A DNA stretch of 64,000 bases, taken from the NCBI GenBank assembly GCA_013044165.1, contig JABEVB010000177.1, forward strand, positions 821 through 64,820, in the 5' to 3' direction. The notes under the pieces are model-generated. The model was not told where the DNA came from. It saw only the letters and a list, made by a program, of their open reading frames with translations, and ran no database searches. Source of the DNA: Phycisphaerales bacterium. GTDB lineage: Bacteria; Planctomycetota; Phycisphaerae; WQYP01. The position numbers and the translations under genes are program-made. Below, piece by piece: positions 58,396-64,000 of this stretch (the first letter of the stretch is position 1; every line of letters starts with the position of its first letter).

Positions 58396-61300
58396 TGGCT
58401 ACGCTGCTCATCTTCGGCATTATGGCTTACACCAAGCTGCCGGTCAGCGATTTGCCGGATGTTGGCCGTCCAACAATTGTTGTCAGTGCTGCTCTCCCAG
58501 GCGCAAATCCGTATACCATGGCATCGTCGGTTGCCACGCCGCTCGAAAAGCAATTTACGCAGATTGCCGGCCTGCAGGCCATGACAAGTCAAAGCTCACT
58601 TGGCACTACCTCCATCACGCTTACCTTCGCGCTTAGCCGCAACATCAATAACTGTGCACTGGATGTACAAGCGGCCATCTCTCGTGCCGGGGGCCAACTG
58701 CCGCACAACATGCCCAACCCTCCAACCTACCAAAAGGTCAACCCGGCGGATCAGGCGATCCTCCTGCTTGTGCTGCAATCCAAAACGCTGCCCATGTATA
58801 CGGTTGACGATTACGCTGAAAATCTCCTCGGCGATGCCATCTCAGAAGTCAACGGGGTGGCGGCCGTCAACGTTTTTGGCGCTCAAACGTATGCGGTGCG
58901 GATTCAGGTAAACCCCAAGGCGCTGGCGGCCCGCGGCATCGGCATAGACCAACTCATGCAGACCATTCAAAATGCCAATGTTAATCAGCCAACCGGTGTG
59001 CTGTGGGGCGACCAAAGAGCTTACCAAATATATTCTCAAGGCCAGTTGACGACGGCCTCTTCATACCGCCCTATGATCGTGCAGCGCAACGCCGCCACCG
59101 GAGCAGTGGTGCGTCTGCAGCAAGTCGCACGAGTACTTAATGGCGTTGTCAATGATAAACAGGAGGCGTGGTATTTCGCTGACGGCAAATTCAGTCCCGC
59201 CGTTATTCTGGCCATTCAAAAGCAGCCCGATGCCAACACCATCGCCATTGTAGACGACATTGAAAAGTTGCTGCCAAAGCTGCAAGCCAGCCTTCCGCCA
59301 TCGCTGCAACTTCGCACCATGTACGACAAGTCGGTAGATATTCGCCAAGGCGTTTATGACGTAAAGCTTACTCTGGGGCTGGCTCTCATGCTCGTCACCC
59401 TTGTCATCTTTGCCTTCTTAAAGAACATACGGGCCACAGTTATTCCTGTGGTCGCCATGCCGCTGGCTATCATCGGCACTTTTGGCATCATGTACGAAAT
59501 GCACTACACCATTGACTATTTCTCGCTGTTGGCAGTGACCTTGGCTGTCGGTTTCATTGTGGACGATGCGGTCGTCATGCTCGAAAACTGCCATAGGCAT
59601 ATCGAAATGGGCGAGGCCCCGATGCAGGCCGCCTATCATGCGTCGAGAGAAATAAGTTTTACTATTTTGTCCATGACACTGTCGCTTGTAGCGGTTTTTA
59701 TTCCCATCATTTTTTTACAGGGCATCATTGGTCGCTTACTTAATGAGTTTGCAATTACGCTTGCCACGGCTATTCTCTTTTCAGGTCTGATCTCGCTGAC
59801 TCTCACCCCCATGCTCTGCAGCCGACTGCTAAAAGGCACCCACAATCAAAAACATAATGTTCTTTACCGTGTAATGGATGGCTTGTTTGACTGGTCCCAC
59901 CAGATATACCTTTGGCTCTTGCGCTTGGCTCTTAAAGCCCGTATCGTGATGTTGCTGCTGTCGGTAGCGGCGCTGTATCTGACGATTCATCTGCTCATCA
60001 TCATTCCAAAAGGCTTTATTCCCGCGGGTGACAGCGGACATATTTTGGTGGCCACCCAGGCTGCTGAAGGCGTTTCATATCAGAACCTGGTGCGAAGCCA
60101 GCTTGCGCTTGGCAAGATGGTCGGCAATGACCCAAACGTGGCAAATTTCATGTCTATCGCCGGCGGCGGCCCTTTCGGCCTGAGCAATGGCGGCGAAATG
60201 TTCTTTCATCTTAAGCCGGTTGGCGAAAGGCCTCTCACCACCGATCAATTAATGGGGAAGCTTCGCAAGGAGTTCGCTCGTGTTGTCGGCATTAAAACAT
60301 TTCTACAAAATATCCCGCCGATTAATGTAAATGGTCAGCTTACCAAAGCTCAGTACCAGTTTACCCTGCTCTCTCCAGACACAACGGCCCTGTTTAAATA
60401 CGCCCCCATTTTAACCGATAGGCTGCGTAAGCTGTCGGGCCTGGAGGATGTCAATAACAATCTGCTTATTAACGCTCCGCAAATTAACGTTATCCCTGAT
60501 GACAACCGCGCGGAACTGCTGGGGGTAAGTCATGCGGCCATTGAAGATGCTCTCGGCTTGGCTTACGGGCAGGAGCAGATTTCAACCATTTACGATCCGC
60601 AGGCTCAGTATGAAGTGATTATGGAGGTACAGCCTGCATACCAAAGGAATCTACGCGATCTATCCCTTCTGTATGTCACCTCCGATACCGGCAAGCTCAT
60701 TCCTCTTAACGCCGTCACACGAGTAACCAAAAGTCGCGGCCCACTCATCATCAACCAAACTGGCATCTTGCCCTCCGTTACGATTTCATTTAATTTGGCA
60801 TCTAATTATTCCTTAAGCAGCGCCGTTTCCGAAATACAAACCACAGCCAAAGCAGTTTTGCCTCCGCAGATTATCACGAACTTTCAAGGGGCCGCACAGA
60901 TGTTTAACGATGCAATTATCAACATGGGCGAACTGTTGATAATCGCCGTTGTGGTTATTTATATTGTGCTGGGAATCTTGTATGAAAGTTTTATTCATCC
61001 AGTTACCATTCTCACCGCGCTGCCCTTTGCCGGGTTGGGGGCTTTGGTGGCCCTGATTGCCTGCCACGACAGTCTGGATCTCTACGCATTTGTAGGCGTC
61101 ATTATGTTGATTGGTCTGGTGAAAAAGAATGGCATCATGATGGTTGATTTCGCGATTACTGAGCGGACGAAAGGCACCTCGCCGGTAGAAGCTATTTATA
61201 AGGCGTGCAGCGTGCGATTTCGTCCGATCATGATGACGACCATGGCCGCCCTGCTGGGCACACTACCCATTGCACTGGGAACGGGAGCCGATGCCGACAC

Positions 61301-61448
61301 CCGCCGCCCGCTGGGCATAGCCGTGGTGGGCGGGTTGCTCTTTTCGCAGTTCCTCACGCTACTGGTAACACCGGTCTTTTATGTTTATTTTGAAGAGTTT
61401 CAAACTTGGCTGTCGCGACGAAAGAATCGCGGCGCAGCGGGCAGCTAA
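58344..61448 (+). CDS. RND multidrug efflux transporter (AcrB/HAE1-like inner membrane pump)
   Basis: Canonical N-terminus MHLSSIFIRRPIATTLLM...GIMAYTKLPVSDLPDV. About 1034 aa, 12-TM RND layout. Confidence 0.9.
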   Translation: MHLSSIFIRRPIATTLLMATLLIFGIMAYTKLPVSDLPDVGRPTIVVSAALPGANPYTMASSVATPLEKQFTQIAGLQAMTSQSSLGTTSITLTFALSRNINNCALDVQAAISRAGGQLPHNMPNPPTYQKVNPADQAILLLVLQSKTLPMYTVDDYAENLLGDAISEVNGVAAVNVFGAQTYAVRIQVNPKALAARGIGIDQLMQTIQNANVNQPTGVLWGDQRAYQIYSQGQLTTASSYRPMIVQRNAATGAVVRLQQVARVLNGVVNDKQEAWYFADGKFSPAVILAIQKQPDANTIAIVDDIEKLLPKLQASLPPSLQLRTMYDKSVDIRQGVYDVKLTLGLALMLVTLVIFAFLKNIRATVIPVVAMPLAIIGTFGIMYEMHYTIDYFSLLAVTLAVGFIVDDAVVMLENCHRHIEMGEAPMQAAYHASREISFTILSMTLSLVAVFIPIIFLQGIIGRLLNEFAITLATAILFSGLISLTLTPMLCSRLLKGTHNQKHNVLYRVMDGLFDWSHQIYLWLLRLALKARIVMLLLSVAALYLTIHLLIIIPKGFIPAGDSGHILVATQAAEGVSYQNLVRSQLALGKMVGNDPNVANFMSIAGGGPFGLSNGGEMFFHLKPVGERPLTTDQLMGKLRKEFARVVGIKTFLQNIPPINVNGQLTKAQYQFTLLSPDTTALFKYAPILTDRLRKLSGLEDVNNNLLINAPQINVIPDDNRAELLGVSHAAIEDALGLAYGQEQISTIYDPQAQYEVIMEVQPAYQRNLRDLSLLYVTSDTGKLIPLNAVTRVTKSRGPLIINQTGILPSVTISFNLASNYSLSSAVSEIQTTAKAVLPPQIITNFQGAAQMFNDAIINMGELLIIAVVVIYIVLGILYESFIHPVTILTALPFAGLGALVALIACHDSLDLYAFVGVIMLIGLVKKNGIMMVDFAITERTKGTSPVEAIYKACSVRFRPIMMTTMAALLGTLPIALGTGADADTRRPLGIAVVGGLLFSQFLTLLVTPVFYVYFEEFQTWLSRRKNRGAAGS

Positions 61449-61729
61449 CTATGGCCACGACATCTCCGACGAACGATCGTCAAAGCGAACTCCTTTTGAA
61501 GAAGATCTAGCCCCGCCCGCCATTAAGCTATGGGTACTGATAGCGACGGGGCCTGTAAGCGGGCGGTGGGCGGGCCAAAAGACAAGGCTTGCAGCGCGCT
61601 GTAAAAAGCGCTGCAGTGCAGTGCCGAAAAGACTCGCGCGGAGCCACAACCTGACAATAATGATGTCCCCCGCCCCTCAATATTTGCAGGGCCTTGTGGC
61701 CACATACCAGAGTGTGCATATGGGGAAAA

Positions 61730-61750
61730 TGGGCGCGGCAGGATTCGAAC
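61730..61750 (-). other. tRNA 3'-end fragment (T-loop TTCGAAT, T-stem 3' strand CCTGC, acceptor 3' strand CGCGCCC, discriminator A) with no matching 5' partner strands. Candidate att core of an integrative element to its right.
   Basis: Minus strand reads GTTCGAATCCTGCCGCGCCCA. The sequence 5' of it on that strand is AT-rich and non-tRNA-like. Excisionase-like and DnaB-like genes lie beyond it. Confidence 0.4.
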
Positions 61751-61791
61751 ACCACCGAATTACCTAATAAAAGAGATACTTTTATAAAAAT

Positions 61792-61814
61792 CGGTGTTAA
61801 ATCCGGTGTTAAAA
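61792..61814 (+). repeat. Direct repeat CGGTGTTAAA(A) x2 with 12-bp spacing, in an AT-rich stretch next to the tRNA fragment
   Basis: aatCGGTGTTAAAtcCGGTGTTAAAActgg. Could be arm-type integrase sites or iteron-like sites. Confidence 0.4.
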
Positions 61815-61962
61815 CTGGGTTATCCGCTGAAATAAGGGGAATACTCGCGCTGCCGCTGGATGATACGGATAAAGCGGCTGCGATCCGGGCGTTGATGGAG
61901 CAATCAGGGGATCGGTAAGATAGAACCGTTGGGTAAGCGGCTTGATCACCGCTGAATCGGCT

Positions 61963-62000
61963 GGGGCACGACGTGTTACACCTTTGGCACGCCGTGCCCC
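61963..62000. other. Stable hairpin: 13-bp stem (1 mismatch) GGGGCACGACGTG / CACGCCGTGCCCC with a 12-nt loop
   Basis: Inverted repeat about 30 nt upstream of the 62032 ORF start. No downstream T-tract, so more likely a regulatory or protein-binding element than an intrinsic terminator. Confidence 0.45.
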
Positions 62001-62031
62001 GGCTGACCCGATCTAACGCAAAGGTGACACT

Positions 62032-63087
62032 ATGGTAATGCAATCAGATCGGGCGCAACCGCGCACAACCAATGAGATTGAAACGACCGCCGGGTCGGAA
62101 TTGCCGGCTGGGGAGGCTAATGCCGAAACGCATCCAACAATGGCCCGGTTGGTAGGCGCGTTCTGTAATGCCGTCAACGAAGCCCGCCGGCTTTTCCGTG
62201 AGGCGGATAAGCCCGACGCCTTTTGGGAGCAAGGTGGACGTGTAGACCCGGCGACCGCGAAGCGTATCGGGCGCGAGGCCAGCATTGAGGCCGCTTGGCG
62301 AGACCTGGGTTATGCCGAGCGGCACCTTGCTGCCATGCGTGCGGGCGGTATGCCTGATGCTTTGGCACAACGCTGCGAAGCCGCCATGGTTGTTTCGGAT
62401 ATTTCTAATGAAACTTGGGCCGCCGTAGAGGGAGCGCTTTGGTCGTGGGAATTGGCTCTCATGACAGAGCTGGCACCCATGGAGCAAGCCGCCGGGGCTG
62501 ACGTGGCCTGCAAGTATATTTTTCGGCGTGAAGCTGGCGGCCTTTGGGAACTGAAATTTGAAAACGAATCTTTGCGGGTGCAGGATTCAGTGGGGTTGCA
62601 GAGAATCCATCGGTTGATGCAATCCGACCAAGACCGCGGCATAACCGCTGCGGAGTTGATGGGGTTTGACATTGCCGAAAATGTTAAAAAACTTTCGGGT
62701 GACGCTGGCGGGAATATGGCTGATAGCCAAGCTGTTGTTGCGTGCGAAAATAAGATTAGGGCGATCCAGGTCGAGATAGACAACACGGTTAATCCAGAAA
62801 AAATTGACGAATTAAAAAGCGAACAGAATCAACTGGCCAACGAACTGCTAAAAATTAAACCGTTTGGCGATCGCGCTCGCACCATGCAGCGGACACCGAG
62901 CAAGAAAGCGTCCAACGCCGTAGCAAAGAGCATTAACGACGCCCTGGCCGCCCTAAAAGAGACGATGCCGGGGCTTCATGCCTACCTAAATAAGCGGATT
63001 ACGACCGGGCAAACCTGTTATTTTTTAAATTCTGGTGAAAACTGGATATTTGACGCCGGAATGAACCAAAGTACACACCAAAAGTAG
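62032..63087 (+). CDS. Hypothetical protein (351 aa) inside the putative mobile element. No recognisable domain.
   Basis: Long ORF with coding-like composition. A helical, coiled-coil-like C-terminal third (EKIDELKSEQNQLANELLKIK). Confidence 0.5.
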   Translation: MVMQSDRAQPRTTNEIETTAGSELPAGEANAETHPTMARLVGAFCNAVNEARRLFREADKPDAFWEQGGRVDPATAKRIGREASIEAAWRDLGYAERHLAAMRAGGMPDALAQRCEAAMVVSDISNETWAAVEGALWSWELALMTELAPMEQAAGADVACKYIFRREAGGLWELKFENESLRVQDSVGLQRIHRLMQSDQDRGITAAELMGFDIAENVKKLSGDAGGNMADSQAVVACENKIRAIQVEIDNTVNPEKIDELKSEQNQLANELLKIKPFGDRARTMQRTPSKKASNAVAKSINDALAALKETMPGLHAYLNKRITTGQTCYFLNSGENWIFDAGMNQSTHQK

Positions 63088-63161
63088 GTTTTCACACCTA
63101 AAAAGTAGCCCCTAGAGGACAGAGCCGCGCGATGGTGTGCGGCCACTGACGGGGGCTACTC

Positions 63162-63344
63162 ATGGCTGTAGACATTTACACGATCCCTGAAGCTGCGTCA
63201 CGCCTTGGCATTTCACCGCGGCGACTGCGGCGGCTGATCGGTAGCGGCGCCATACGTGTATTGCGCGCTGGCCCGCACATCCGCATCACCGAGACCGCAC
63301 TGTCCACGTATCAGAGCCGCCCGCAAAAGGCGGTGCAGCCGTGA
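63162..63344 (+). CDS. Excisionase-family helix-turn-helix DNA-binding protein
   Basis: YTIPEAASRLGISPRRLRRLIGSGAIRVLRAGPHIRI matches the excisionase/MerR-superfamily HTH pattern. 60 aa. Confidence 0.6.
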   Translation: MAVDIYTIPEAASRLGISPRRLRRLIGSGAIRVLRAGPHIRITETALSTYQSRPQKAVQP

Positions 63345-63544
63345 TGACCACCACACCACAAACCGAATCATTGTTGCTGGACATCAGGACTGTATCGCGA
63401 CTGCTGGCGGTGAGTCCAGCGACCACCCGGCGCTTGTGGCAGGCGGGCAAATTGCCGGAGCCGGTGCGGCTGGGCGCACTTATCCGATGGGATCGCCGCG
63501 CAATTGAACAATGGATCGTGAGCGGTTGTTTGCCGCAAAAATAA
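63341..63544 (+). CDS. AlpA/Xis-like helix-turn-helix DNA-binding protein
   Basis: LLDIRTVSRLLAVSPATTRRLWQAGKLPEPVRLGALIRWDRRAIEQWI, an HTH_17/AlpA-like pattern. It overlaps the previous gene by 4 nt, so the two are translationally coupled. Confidence 0.6.
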   Translation: MMTTTPQTESLLLDIRTVSRLLAVSPATTRRLWQAGKLPEPVRLGALIRWDRRAIEQWIVSGCLPQK

Positions 63545-63601
63545 AAACACGGCCGGGCACCCGTCGAAAAGCACCCGGCCAAAAATTGAAAGGATAAAAC
63601 A

Positions 63602-64000
63602 ATGGTATCACCTGACCCCACCCAGAGCAACGGCCACCACACGACCGGCAGACCGCGACCACAAAACACCGCCTCGCCTGCGGCGGACGTAAACAACAAG
63701 GTACTCTCGCTGTTTGACGACGCGACCGAGCGAGCTTTGCTTGCCGCCGGCTTCAACCGTCCTGAATGTATTCGTGAGTTTCGGGACGTTTGCCGACCTG
63801 AAGATTTTTACGAGCCGCGACACGTTGCCTTATGCCGTGAGATGTTCGCCGGTCTACCGCAGGGCGCTGAACTCCTTGAACTGCGGCGACGCAACGCGCT
63901 CGAAGCCTGCGGCGGAGCCGACTATCTACAAGAGATAGCAGGCGAGTTTGTGAGCGCCACCAGTGTCGGATATTGGGCCGCCAGAATTGCCGAATTATCC
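63602..64000 (+). CDS. Replicative DNA helicase DnaB-like protein, N-terminal domain only (ORF runs off the window, 3' partial)
   Basis: AAAGGA RBS before the ATG. ...ERALLAAGFNRPECIREF...PEDFYEPRHVALCREMF...LELRRRNALEACGGADYLQEIAGEFVSATSVGYWAARIAE matches the DnaB N-terminal domain consensus. No stop codon before the window end. Confidence 0.55.
   Translation, partial: MVSPDPTQSNGHHTTGRPRPQNTASPAADVNNKVLSLFDDATERALLAAGFNRPECIREFRDVCRPEDFYEPRHVALCREMFAGLPQGAELLELRRRNALEACGGADYLQEIAGEFVSATSVGYWAARIAELS

Overview
GC-rich (~58%) bacterial chromosomal window, densely coding. The gene content hints at the PVC superphylum (BatA/vWA, Sel1, lectin-GH92, RND), but taxonomy is not established. Most of the window is housekeeping or nutrient-acquisition DNA. 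It holds a Dpp/Opp-type peptide ABC transporter operon with an extra DppC-like permease, asd, galK, trpD-argB-argF-rph-pyrC, mutS, pheA, ridA, trxA, bioB beside a FabF-like KAS, nadE, an araA(FucI-like)-araB-araD arabinose operon, gap, a fabZ-like gene and an RND efflux pair. Less ordinary items are listed under findings. The right edge (about 61.45 kb onward) looks like the start of an integrated mobile element: a tRNA 3'-end fragment on the minus strand, a direct repeat and strong hairpin, a 351-aa hypothetical, two excisionase-like HTH genes and a DnaB-N-terminal helicase ORF running off the window, not in the ORF track because it has no stop. Separately, a pair of highly divergent complex-I antiporter-like (PF00361-like) membrane proteins has no Nuo, Mrp or DabA partners. 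A BatA-like TM protein and a vWA protein sit in the same frame, split only by a single TGA. There is an L-type-lectin::GH92 mannosidase fusion, and an orphan MoxR ATPase lies next to a GlmU-like hexapeptide protein. A second tRNA 3' fragment is at about 454-478 on the plus strand. No CRISPR array, rRNA or complete tRNA was seen. Hand-counted coordinates of non-coding elements are approximate (±2 nt). CDS coordinates follow ORF-track arithmetic, with starts trimmed where an internal Met plus RBS fits better.
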